A stretch of 64,000 nt of DNA, from the NCBI GenBank assembly GCA_964016885.1, contig OZ024741.1:171554001-171618000 (forward strand). Direction: 5' to 3'. Shown in pieces: positions 12,901 to 23,730 of this stretch (position 1 is the first letter of the stretch; each line of letters starts with the position of its first letter). Below the pieces are notes generated by a model. It was not told the origin of the DNA, did no database searches, and saw only the letters and a list, made by a program, of their open reading frames with translations. The stretch is from Eledone cirrhosa. Taxonomy: Eukaryota. The translations under genes and the position numbers were made by a program.

Positions 12901-14138
12901 ACGATAAATTGAAACAAAATGAAAACGAAATTTCATTTCTCACTCTTAGTATGGCACTTACTTAAATGTAAGTATGCATGTATACGTACATACATATATG
13001 TATACAGACGTACAGTAGCATGCACATATATATATATATATACATATATACATACATATGCATACAGGTACACATACATATATGCACGTATCAGTTTAGC
13101 GGCGCTAACGTCGCTTTGTTCGTTTGTAAACAAACTGAACAGCCTGAATTTATGCCATACGGTGTTAAGGCAACCACGTCACCTTTTTGTTCAACACTGA
13201 CACAGGAACGATGTACTAGTTTCAAGCTTGTTAGCTATCATCAGCACCGTTTACCCATCTGCCAGATAGTTGAACGTTCGAAAGTATATACTTTCCTTAT
13301 GAAAATTAACGGCTGAGCAGCCTAATTTGCATATTGAGTGAGTTAAATCGGTCAGGCATACCGAAAACGATAAATTGAAACAAAATGAAAACGAAATTTC
13401 ATTTCTCACTCTTAGTATGGCACTTACTTAAATGTAAGTATGCATGTATACGTACATACATATATGTATACAGACGTACAGTAGCATGCACATATATATA
13501 TATATATACATATATACATACATATGCATACAGGTACACATACATATATGCACGTATCAGTTTAGCGGCGCTAACGTCGCTTTGTTCGTTTGTAAACAAA
13601 CTGAACAGCCTGAATTTATGCCATACGGTGTTAAGGCAACCACGTCACCTTTTTGTTCAACACTGACACAGGAACGATGTACTAGTTTCAAGCTTGTTAG
13701 CTATCATCAGCACCGTTTACCCATCTGCCAGATAGTTGAACGTTCGAAAGTATATACTTTCCTTATGAAAATTAACGGCTGAGCAGCCTAATTTGCATAT
13801 TGAGTGAGTTAAATCGGTCAGGCATACCGAAAACGATAAATTGAAACAAAATGAAAACGAAATTTCATTTCTCACTCTTAGTATGGCACTTACTTAAATG
13901 TAAGTATGCATGTATACGTACATACATATATGTATACAGACGTACAGTAGCATGCACATATATATATATATATACATATATACATACATATGCATACAGG
14001 TACACATACATATATGCACGTATCAGTTTAGCGGCGCTAACGTCGCTTTGTTCGTTTGTAAACAAACTGAACAGCCTGAATTTATGCCATACGGTGTTAA
14101 GACAACCACGTCACCTTTTTGTTCAACACTGACACAGG

Positions 14139-14183
14139 AACGATGTACTAGTTTCAAGCTTGTTAGCTATCATCAGCACCGTT
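14139..14183 (-). ncRNA. Type I hammerhead ribozyme (innermost minus-strand copy)
   Basis: Mirror image of 14277-14321. Confidence 0.85.
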
Positions 14184-14276
14184 TACCCATCTGCCAGATA
14201 GTTGAACGTTCGAAAGTATATACTTTCCTTATGAACTTATATACTTTCGAACGTTCAACTATCTGGCAGATGGGTA

Positions 14277-14321
14277 AACGGTGCTGATGATAGCTAACAA
14301 GCTTGAAACTAGTACATCGTT
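14277..14321 (+). ncRNA. Type I hammerhead ribozyme; predicted cleavage after GUA at 14314
   Basis: Stem I aacggtg/catcgtt; CTGATGA 14284-14290; stem II agct/agct; GAAA 14305-14308; palindromic ACTAGT stem III. Confidence 0.87.
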
Positions 14322-14742
14322 CCTGTGTCAGTGTTGAACAAAAAGGTGACGTGGTTGCCTTAACACCGTATGGCATAAATTCAGGCTGTTCAGTTTGTTT
14401 ACAAACGAACAAAGCGACGTTAGCGCCGCTAAACTGATACGTGCATATATGTATGTGTACCTGTATGCATATGTATGTATATATGTATATATATATATAT
14501 ATGTGCATGCTACTGTACGTCTGTATACATATATGTATGTACGTATACATGCATACTTACATTTAAGTAAGTGCCATACTAAGAGTGAGAAATGAAATTT
14601 CGTTTTCATTTTGTTTCAATTTATCGTTTTCGGTATGCCTGACCGATTTAACTCACTCAATATGCAAATTAGGCTGCTCAGCCGTTAATTTTCATAAGGA
14701 AAGTATATACTTTCGAACGTTCAACTATCTGGCAGATGGGTA

Positions 14743-14787
14743 AACGGTGCTGATGATAGCTAACAAGCTTGAAACTAGTACATCGTT
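14743..14787 (+). ncRNA. Type I hammerhead ribozyme
   Basis: Identical to 14277-14321, shifted by 466. Confidence 0.87.
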
Positions 14788-15208
14788 CCTGTGTCAGTGT
14801 TGAACAAAAAGGTGACGTGGTTGCCTTAACACCGTATGGCATAAATTCAGGCTGTTCAGTTTGTTTACAAACGAACAAAGCGACGTTAGCGCCGCTAAAC
14901 TGATACGTGCATATATGTATGTGTACCTGTATGCATATGTATGTATATATGTATATATATATATATATGTGCATGCTACTGTACGTCTGTATACATATAT
15001 GTATGTACGTATACATGCATACTTACATTTAAGTAAGTGCCATACTAAGAGTGAGAAATGAAATTTCGTTTTCATTTTGTTTCAATTTATCGTTTTCGGT
15101 ATGCCTGACCGATTTAACTCACTCAATATGCAAATTAGGCTGCTCAGCCGTTAATTTTCATAAGGAAAGTATATACTTTCGAACGTTCAACTATCTGGCA
15201 GATGGGTA

Positions 15209-15253
15209 AACGGTGCTGATGATAGCTAACAAGCTTGAAACTAGTACATCGTT
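15209..15253 (+). ncRNA. Type I hammerhead ribozyme
   Basis: Identical to 14277-14321, shifted by 932. Confidence 0.87.
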
Positions 15254-15550
15254 CCTGTGTCAGTGTTGAACAAAAAGGTGACGTGGTTGCCTTAACACCG
15301 TATGGCATAAATTCAGGCTGTTCAGTTTGTTTACAAACGAACAAAGCGACGTTAGCGCCGCTAAACTGATACGTGCATATATGTATGTGTACCTGTATGC
15401 ATATGTATGTATATATGTATATATATATATATATGTGCATGCTACTGTACGTCTGTATACATATATGTATGTACGTATACATGCATACTTACATTTAAGT
15501 AAGTGCCATACTAAGAGTGAGAAATGAAATTTCGTTTTCATTTTGTTTCA

Positions 15551-15608
<58 letters not shown>

Positions 15609-15889
15609 ATACATTATAAAATAAATAGGATGGGTTGGGATCTCAATATGTAAACTAATTACTAATTTTGATTTTTTTTTAAATCAACAGAGACAGCCTA
15701 GAAAAATTACTGATTTTCCAAACCCCCCACTTATTCCAACCCCCTTATTATTTGGGACCCGAGAGTACATATTTCAGTTGTTATTTACTTTGATATTATT
15801 ATATTATTTACTTTTGTTATCAAACTACCTAAAACCATGATACAAAACTTTGATGTAACCAAATTTCATTATACTTCTAATAAAGGGCG

Positions 15890-16062
15890 GTGGATTAGCA
15901 GTATCGGTAGAGGGTCAGACACCATACTTTCCAGCATAGTTACGTCCCTTTACGATCTGAGTTCAAATCGAGGTTGACTTTGCCTTTACGGGGTCGATAA
16001 AATAAAGTACCAGTAATGCACTGGGTAATTGCTGGTCTTGTGCCTAAAGTAGAAACAATTAT
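15890..16062 (+). mobile_element. S1 SINE
   Basis: Homologous to 8251-8430. Confidence 0.85.
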
Positions 16063-16219
16063 ACTTCTAATGATAGACACTGCATATAATTTTCAAATTA
16101 CTTTGAAAATAATCAAGAATTTGAAGGAATTTACTAATACAACTAGTTTTAACATTATCAAGCTGGTGTTTGGAACATAACTTAACAAAGATTTTTTTAC
16201 ATAAAAGTCATGATGTATA

Positions 16220-16630
16220 TGTCATGGCAAAAAACACCCCGTACTCACTGTGAATGAGGTTGGTGTTAGGAAGCCAAAATCATTCCTGTATGAGCAAGTC
16301 ATCATCACCTGACCTAGCTTTGCCCGCAACAGGACAACTCGTCTAACCCATGCTAGCGTGGAAAAGTGGAAGTAAAATGGTGATGATGATACATATATAT
16401 ATATATGTAAAGTGGACGAGTAAAAGACATGGCAAAAAACACCCACCACACACTGTCAATGTTGTTGGCATTAGGAAGGGCATCCAGCCGTAGAGAACCA
16501 GCCAGAAACACCCCTATATGAGCGAGACATGGTCACCTGCCCCAACTTGCCTCTAAATGGGACCTGTCTAACCCATTCTAGCGTGGAAGATAGACGTTAA
16601 TCAATGATGATGATGATGATGATGATGATA
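16220..16630 (+). mobile_element. Two RTE 3'-UTR fragments with (GAT)n tails
   Basis: ggttggtgttaggaag..., ctaacccatgctagcgtggaa, (gat)n. Confidence 0.75.
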
Positions 16631-16684
16631 TGTATATCAAGCAGGGAAAAGCTGACGTAAAATGACGATGATGATGTATATATT

Positions 16685-16976
16685 CATTTCATCATTTCAT
16701 TTCATTTCATGTCCGCTTTTTCCCTGCTTGCAAGGGTGGGATGGGAACTGATTCTGGCTTGATTTCTACAGCTGGATGCCCTTCCTAACACCAACCTCAT
16801 TTACAGTGAGTGCTGGGTGCTTTTTTGCCGTGGCACCTCTACGACCACTTTGCAGTTGAATTATAGGAACCCCAGTCCCTATCATCTCATTTCTACAGCT
16901 GAGTAAACTGGAGCAATGTGAACAATGTGAAATAAAGTGTCTTGCTCAAGGAAACAACACATCACCCGGTCTGAGA
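16685..16976 (-). mobile_element. CORE-type SINE S2a with RTE-derived 3' tail (head truncated)
   Basis: Reverse copy of 51905-52246. Confidence 0.8.
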
Positions 16977-16996
16977 TGATGTATGTATATATATAT

Positions 16997-17033
<37 letters not shown>

Positions 17034-18434
17034 GCCATATATACACATATATAGTATCAGTTTTGCTTGTGTATCTCGTTTAAATGTTATAGCAACAACT
17101 AGTGATAGTATTGGTAACAACTAGAGTAGACACTGCCTCTCTCACTCTACCCATCTCACACTATTATGACAGAATAGAGAAAGTGTTTCCCTGGAGGATC
17201 GTGAGGGAGATGTGTTGAAACAGCCATTCGATCTCATCAGGCTCACACCTATAGGTCGCCAACTCCATGCTGATGGTGGTGAATAGGGATATGGTCCTAG
17301 GGCCAAGAGCACCAATTAGTTAGTTTGGTTTTAAAGCAAAGAGTACTCAATACATTCTTGATTTAAAAGTGTGTATTATATCTATTACATGTGTATGTGT
17401 AAAGTAAACAGGATTACTAAAACAGACCTAAAGGTTTCATGCAAACAGCCTAATTATTTCCCCTTGGGGTTATCCATCTTGACTCTGCTGTTTATGTTTT
17501 TGTGAACGTACTTGTATGTGTGTGTATGTGTTTAATGAAACTTCTGTACACGTGTGTATGTGAGGGGCGACGGGTCCGTGGGCAACGCATGCAGTGCATA
17601 GAATCTTGAGTTGATCAATTGCGTCGGTTGAAGCTAGCAGAATTTTGGCTACTTACTAAAACGTATAGACACAACAAAATATAACACATACACACACATA
17701 CACACAAACACACGACAGCTTTGGGGCAAGCAGAATTTTGACTGCTTACTAAATCGTAGACACATAAAAAGATAACACACAGACACACACACACTAGATA
17801 ACACTACATGCGGCTTTGACCGGGAGGGTCATTTAGAGGGAATTTTTTGTTGGGGGGGGGGGAGTAAGGCTGCACAGCCCAACTTTCCGCCATGGCGATT
17901 GGACTGCATGGCCTGCTTTCCAGGTTACCCTTCGCCGCTGTTGTATGTCTATATTTGTAAGCAAACATATTTGTATATGTAACTTTTTAAGTACTTCTCT
18001 ATAGCTGTTCGCCAGTTTGTATACAATCAGATTTTTAATTAGTAAGCATTTTATAAATGCTATTAATTTGTTTATGTAAATTTCGTTTTAGTAGAATCTT
18101 TTTATTTCATAATGACAGAAATATTATATCAGATGTTCAGAGATGAGAAATGAAACAAAACATAATGTAAATAATTTACATTTAAATGAAATCATAAAAA
18201 TCAATAGAATTTAAATTGAAATGAAATGAAGGCAATAAAAGAAAAGGAAGTGTTTGTTTCAATGTTCTGTTCCGATTGTTGATACTATGTGCTAGTAATA
18301 ACTCCATGCATAAGGAGTGATGTGAGATAAAATGTTTGTCTAAAACTACATAGCTTAGGAAACAAACCCTACTTTGATAGGTCTCAGCCAGTATTGGCCC
18401 AGGCCATGTCTAACTTAATAGCACCACCCTAGAC

Positions 18435-18601
18435 CAGGGTTTCCTAAACCTTTTCAAATGCGGAACCCTTTTTGGTTCAGAAACTTTTGGGGGAACCTCA
18501 AAGTCTAATACTGTTATATGGTCGTATTATAAATGTACTCCTCTGCCTTTTTTCACGGAACTCTAGGCACTCTTTTGCGGAACTCACTTTGGGAACCACT
18601 G
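18435..18601. mobile_element. hAT (Buster/Charlie-type) MITE
   Basis: TIRs cagggtttcctaaa / tttgggaaccactg; perfect 8-bp TSD ccctagac at 18427-18434 and 18602-18609 (nnnTAnnn). Confidence 0.85.
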
Positions 18602-18649
18602 CCCTAGACTTTTTTATCATGAATCCAACACTAATAATCCATGCAGTCT

Positions 18650-18688
<39 letters not shown>

Positions 18689-19004
18689 AACTGTTCCTAA
18701 TATTAAGACAAAAAGTTGAAAAAGAGAGGTAAGAATGAACAGAAGAAATAAAATAAAATAACCAGATTGAGAACTGAGAGATATTTTTATTTTTGTGATA
18801 TCTATTATCTCTGATGTATTTCAAATTTAATTATCCATTGCCAGGACAAATGTATAATTTGTTTTCAAATTTGTAACTGAGTCCCCCACATACACATGTG
18901 TGCATTTCTCAGTGAAGTCTATTTTTGTCATAGTAGGTTGCAGTTTGGCAAGCTGTAGTATTTGTTCCACAGTACTCTGAAAATAGATAATGAAATCCAA
19001 AATA

Positions 19005-19086
19005 CAGAGTTTGTCTCAAAATAATTGACATCATTTTGTAGTCTAATAATTTAGCCGCTTGATGTCAATAATTTAGGGACACTCTG
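19005..19086. mobile_element. Tc1/mariner-type MITE (~82 bp)
   Basis: TIRs cagagtttgtctcaaaataattgacatca / tgatgtcaataatttagggacactctg, TA on both sides. Confidence 0.65.
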
Positions 19087-19233
19087 TATATATCAAGAAT
19101 AATAAATATTACATAAGTAATTAAATCTGCTGTTTCTTGATCTCTTTTTCTTTTTCTTCCTTTCATTCATATTCCTCAATGCTTCAAGTACAGCACTTTC
19201 ATATACAAACACACACACACATATATATATATA

Positions 19234-19401
19234 CCGTATTTCCCGGCTCCAAAGACGCTTCGTCCTCGAGGACGTACCCTAATTTTGACAATCAAAAATT
19301 TGAAAAAAAATAATAAACAACCTTCAGCCTCCAGGATGCATGGTAGATTTTTGAGACTTATTTTAGGAATAAAGTAGTGTCTTTGACGCCGACAAATAAA
19401 G
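19234..19401. mobile_element. pogo/Tc2-like MITE
   Basis: ccgtatttcccggctccaaagacgc ... gtgtctttgacgccgacaaataaag, TA flanks. Confidence 0.55.
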
Positions 19402-19557
19402 TATATTCTGTATATATATTTAGGTATGTATTGATATTAACAACATCATCATTTTATGTCTACTTTCCATGCTGGTTTGGATGGGTTGTCATGGTCTGAA
19501 ACAAGGCAAGTCTAATCAACTTCACCTTGATCATACGTTCCATATTTAGCAGGCTTT

Positions 19558-19751
19558 TCTTTTTCCCACTTATTCTCCTCATTTAGTAGCCTCTCGTAGT
19601 GACACTTCCAAGCTACCTTCTTATCAGTATCAGTGATGGCAAGTATACCATCATCATTACGGACACACTTCTCCCCGACAATATCATGGTTTTCCTTGAC
19701 ATATTGCCTAGCAATCCTGAACACCTCACGTTTTTGGTCCTTGCGTTGTAG
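19558..19751 (-). mobile_element. Internal RTE ORF fragment flanked by a 42-bp direct repeat
   Basis: Matches 3220-3412 of copy A (DQKREVFRIARQ...EENKWEK). Confidence 0.85.
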
Positions 19752-19875
19752 CAACTTCAACTTTATCATACGTTCCATATTTAGCAGGCTTTTACAGCTG
19801 GATGCTGTTTCTAAAGCGAACGACTACAAAGAATGAACTGAGTGCATTTTTTTATGGAACTAACACTTATATTTT

Positions 19876-19911
<36 letters not shown>

Positions 19912-19912
<1 letters not shown>

Positions 19913-20270
19913 CGACCGTGACCTCTGGCGTCACACAGTAATACAGAGTACCCGACCTCCCGTGGGTACAAGCTGAAGCATATAGACAATATGCCCCCAC
20001 AACCTCCCACTGCAAAGTGGCCGTGAAGGTGCCACAGCAAAAAAGCACCCAGCCCATACTGTAAAGTGGACGTGTAGGCACCACGGAAAAAAAGCACCCA
20101 GCACTCACTGAGGTTGGTGTTAGGAAGGGCATCCAGCTGTAGAAATCAAGCCAAAATCAGTTCCTGTATGAGCAAGGCATGGTCAGCCGACCAGACACTG
20201 CCCACAACAGGACAACCTGTCTAACCCATGCTAGCATGGAAGAACGGGCGTAAAACGATGATGATGATGA
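19912..20270 (+). mobile_element. RTE subfamily 2 3' end (heavily 5'-truncated)
   Basis: Matches 50710-51074; (GAT)n tail. Confidence 0.85.
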
Positions 20271-20784
20271 CACTTATGTGTGTGTGTGTGTATCATATAC
20301 CTAAAAACTAACACCAAAGTAAAATTAAATCTCAACTACCAGAGGTACACATGATATGTTGATGTAGCAAATAACTGGCTTTACTCATGATACAGTATCA
20401 AATAAAAAGAATTGTAAGCAGTTTCATTTTACAAACTCCTATTTTTCCCATCCCTATGTATCTATTTATTTTATTATCATCATTGTCAGGGTATATAATG
20501 ATAGAATTATGAGAGCATGAAACAAAATGTCATGATACAATTTCAGCTTTTGCATTAAATTTAGCTCGTTTGAAGCAATAAATATCTTAAATTCATCAAC
20601 ATTTCTAGAGTTTCTCAGTTTCTTCTTCAGGATGTGAGGTTTCATTGGCTTCTATACAGCCTCTTTTATAGTAGTTAAAAGTAGAAATATAATCTCATAT
20701 ATGATATGTGTGTGTGTGTGTGTATGCATGCGTGATATATATGTATGTATATGTATTTATGTATATATTTATATGTGTATATTT

Positions 20785-21065
20785 ATGGGTACCAGCGGTA
20801 ACCACAGTTAAAAAGGTTATTCAATACGTTGGTAGGGTTTAGGCACCTTTATTTCTTATAGAAATGATTTTTCCCCTTTTTCTCCTTCCATCTACTTCAC
20901 CCTAATATCTTCTCCACTAATTTCCCACCTCATTATTCCTCACGACATTCACACCAAATAAGCTACAAGTCACGATACTGACCAGTTATATTTGAAATTC
21001 CTGATGATTTTATATGAATGAAACAGTTCTAGTCCTGTAGGAGTCATTTTTATAAAAAATAAAAA
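20785..21065 (+). mobile_element. Penelope-like family 1 element with HHR-like core and inverted 5' piece
   Basis: ttcCTGATGAttttatatgaatGAAAcagttctagtcc at ~20998-21035; ggtaaccacagt segment shared with 5291. Confidence 0.55.
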
Positions 21066-21094
21066 TTCATAATTATATATATATACATATATAT

Positions 21095-21500
21095 GATGGC
21101 TGAAAACTCAGCTAAGAGTATTGCAATTGCTTGTCAGATTATAGCGTTAGGTGCACTTTTAGGCTAAGGCCTGCCACACGAACCTGTAACAAATCCTAAA
21201 CAAGAAATGCCTGTGCTTTGAAGGTTTTTTTAAGTGGAGAAAGACCTTGCACTCGACCAATCCCACTCTCTGAGCCTCAAAAACACTACCCGAAAAGGAT
21301 AACCGGTCAACATCATCGGATGCTTCTGAAGCCGCAGGTTTTTTTTTTTTCAGAGTTTCCCTCTCCTAGAAAGGTGACAACAACTGGGGGCCTTTCACTC
21401 CCAGGTTAAAAAAAAAACCTACTATTTGGATGGCTGTTGACTCTGCTGAATTCCTCCTCCCTAGGCCGGGTCTTGTATTTAATCCCGCAGGTTGTCCAAA
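21095..21500 (-). repeat. Interspersed repeat, probably a non-autonomous RTE-related element
   Basis: Diverged homolog of 24730-25192. Confidence 0.45.
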
Positions 21501-21513
21501 TATCATATATATA

Positions 21514-21820
21514 TATCATCATCATTTTACGTCCACTTTTCCCTGCTTGCAAGGGTGGGACAGGAACTGATTCTGGCTTGATTTCTACAGCTGGATGTCT
21601 CTCCTAACACCAACCTCATTTACAGTGAGTGCTGGGTGCTTTTTTTCCGTGGCGCCTACATGTCCACTTTACAGTGGAATGATATGGACCCCAGTCCCTA
21701 TCATCTCATTTCTACAGCTGAGTAAACTGGAGCAATGTGAAATAAAGTGTCTTGCTCAAGGAAATAACACATCACTCGGTCTGAGAATTGAACTCACAAC
21801 CTTTCGATTGCAAGCCCAAT
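21514..21820 (-). mobile_element. CORE-type SINE S2a
   Basis: Reverse copy of 51905-52246. Confidence 0.85.
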
Positions 21821-21882
21821 GTATATATATATATCATGTATATATATATATATATATATATATATCATCCTCATCATCATCG

Positions 21883-21932
<50 letters not shown>

Positions 21933-22019
21933 GTCATTTTACATCCGCTTTTCCCTGCTTGCAAGGGTTGGACGGGTCCTATTCAGCACAGCACCTCTCC
22001 ACTTAAGGCGGCTCCTTAG

Positions 22020-22550
22020 AAATTGATGAGAGCTTCAATTACCTAAGTGACCAAATAACAGTGAGGGAGAATGCTCTGAAAACTGTGATAGCTAGGATAA
22101 GAACAGGCTGATAGAAACTCAGAGTGAAGGGTAGACTGTAAGATACCTGTGTGCAAATGGCAATGCTACATGGTACTTGATCGCAGAAGACATGCAAAGG
22201 CTAGAAGGAAACAAATTGAGTATGCTCCAGTGGATGTGTTATGTTAATGTGTATGAGTGACATAGCATAAGCAAACTGAGGAAAAAACTTGGCATAAGAG
22301 GAATTGGATGTAGTGTACAAAAGAGAAAACTGCATTACTATTGACATGTAATGCATATCGAAGATAGCAGCTGCATAAAAAATACAGAGAAATACCAGTG
22401 GCTGAGATCCATTGAGGAGGCAGATCCAGGAAGACATGGAATGAGGTTGTGAAGGCCTGCCTTAACAAATTAACCTTCACCATAGAGATGACAAAGGACT
22501 GAGAGGGCTGGCATTATGTTGTGCAGGCGAAGACCTGGCTAACAGCAAAC
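22020..22550 (+). pseudogene. Decayed RTE ORF 3' part
   Basis: Remnants of F.YL.D, KGRL..TCV..AMLHG, RLE.N..SMLQWMC. Confidence 0.7.
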
Positions 22551-22828
22551 AACATGACCTGATTTATCCCAGTGTCTGCTCCCCCTCCACTAGCCCTCAC
22601 TAGAAGCTATCCTGGCCATCACTCCACATCCCAACTCAATCCACACCCCCTTCAGTATTGACTCCAATGCTGCCTCTCCATCCAAAGCCCTTAGATACCA
22701 TCACTATTGCACCCTAGTAGCTATTTCTTCACCCATGTACACTCCAAACATACTCCTCCACTATTACTCCTTAGCTATTCTCTCCACCACTACACCTCCT
22801 ATTCTTAGCCCTGGGGAGTGTTGTCCCA

Positions 22829-22897
<69 letters not shown>

Positions 22898-23492
22898 TTC
22901 GTTGACAATTATACTAATGTGCACAGACACACAGATCTATTGTCCTTGGTATGACAGTGTGGTTTTAGCTCAATGTATGATAACTAGTATACTACAGAGC
23001 CTATAAACAAAAATATATCAAAGGTTGCAGGCTCCATCGATCCTAGTCACCAGAACAAGGAAGAAGGACAAGTAGGGCGTCTCAGGCCAGCGCTGTATAG
23101 AGCAACACACAATACATGATACATATAATGTCATAAAAAATGACATCAAAAGTTTATCACATAAATGGTGCAATAGATCATAAGGAGGTTGAGAGAGGAG
23201 AGCAAGAAATGAATGAAGGTGTGACTCAGCATGATCAAAAAACAAACAAAGCATATATTCATCAATTCCCAAGCAGTGCAAATACATGATTTACAGGCAG
23301 AGTATGAAAGCATGTAAGCAGGAGTGAGTAAACAGAAAAGTTGATTAGCTGTGGTGCAGCTTTACAGGCAGAATTGTTTATAGGAAAGATGGTGCACTCC
23401 AATAGTATCGCCTTGTAACAGGTTCATTTCTCCATATCCGGCCACCACCCTCTATCCATTGGTTCCAGTTCCAAGCATTTGGCGACATAATA

Positions 23493-23730
23493 TGTCAAAG
23501 TTCTTTCGTCACACATTCTGTGACCTCTTCAGTGACTGGGTATTCTTTTCTTTGTTTTGTGCCTCTCCTTTGTTCTGTTCTACGCCATCTTGTTTTTGTG
23601 TGTCACAAAAAAAACACAAAAACACAAAAACAAGATGGCGTAGGACAGAACAAAGGAGAGGCACAAAACAAAGAAAAGAATCCCCAGTCACTGAAGAGGT
23701 CACAGAATGTGAGACGAAAGAACTTTGACA
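23493..23730. mobile_element. Fold-back (inverted pseudo-LTR-like) element with a hammerhead in each arm
   Basis: Arms 23493-23601 / 23622-23730; gtca-CTGAAGA-G-gtcaca..tg(t/a)gac-GAAA-gaac-TT-tgac. Confidence 0.7.

Larger units (their letters stand above)
9704..15556. mobile_element. Tandem plus inverted array of 466-bp hammerhead-containing units (non-LTR retrozyme-like)
   Basis: Period 466 (ORF starts 10123, 10589 ... 13851); inversion axis 14230; left arm 9704-14235, right arm 14238-15556; 13 HHR motifs; both ends in (TA)n. Confidence 0.9.

Noticed and set aside
14200-14260. Inversion as a pure sequencing fold-back artefact
   Set aside because: Disfavoured, not excluded. The spacer is asymmetric, variant 14102 is not mirrored, the flanks are unique and different, and the copy at 1-530 has the same geometry.
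9716-15541. Repeated 66-125 aa ORFs in the 466-bp units
   Set aside because: Y/I/H/T-rich translations of TA/CA microsatellite with no domain. The conserved signal is RNA structure.
9704-15556. CRISPR array, plain satellite or Foldback DNA transposon interpretation
   Set aside because: There are no unique spacers or cas genes. The two ends are at different unit positions, so there are no matching TIR termini. A hammerhead in every unit and a dispersed sister copy favour a retrozyme.
21788-22019. Poly-His, poly-Ser and poly-Ile ORFs
   Set aside because: Translations of a (CAT)n retroelement tail.
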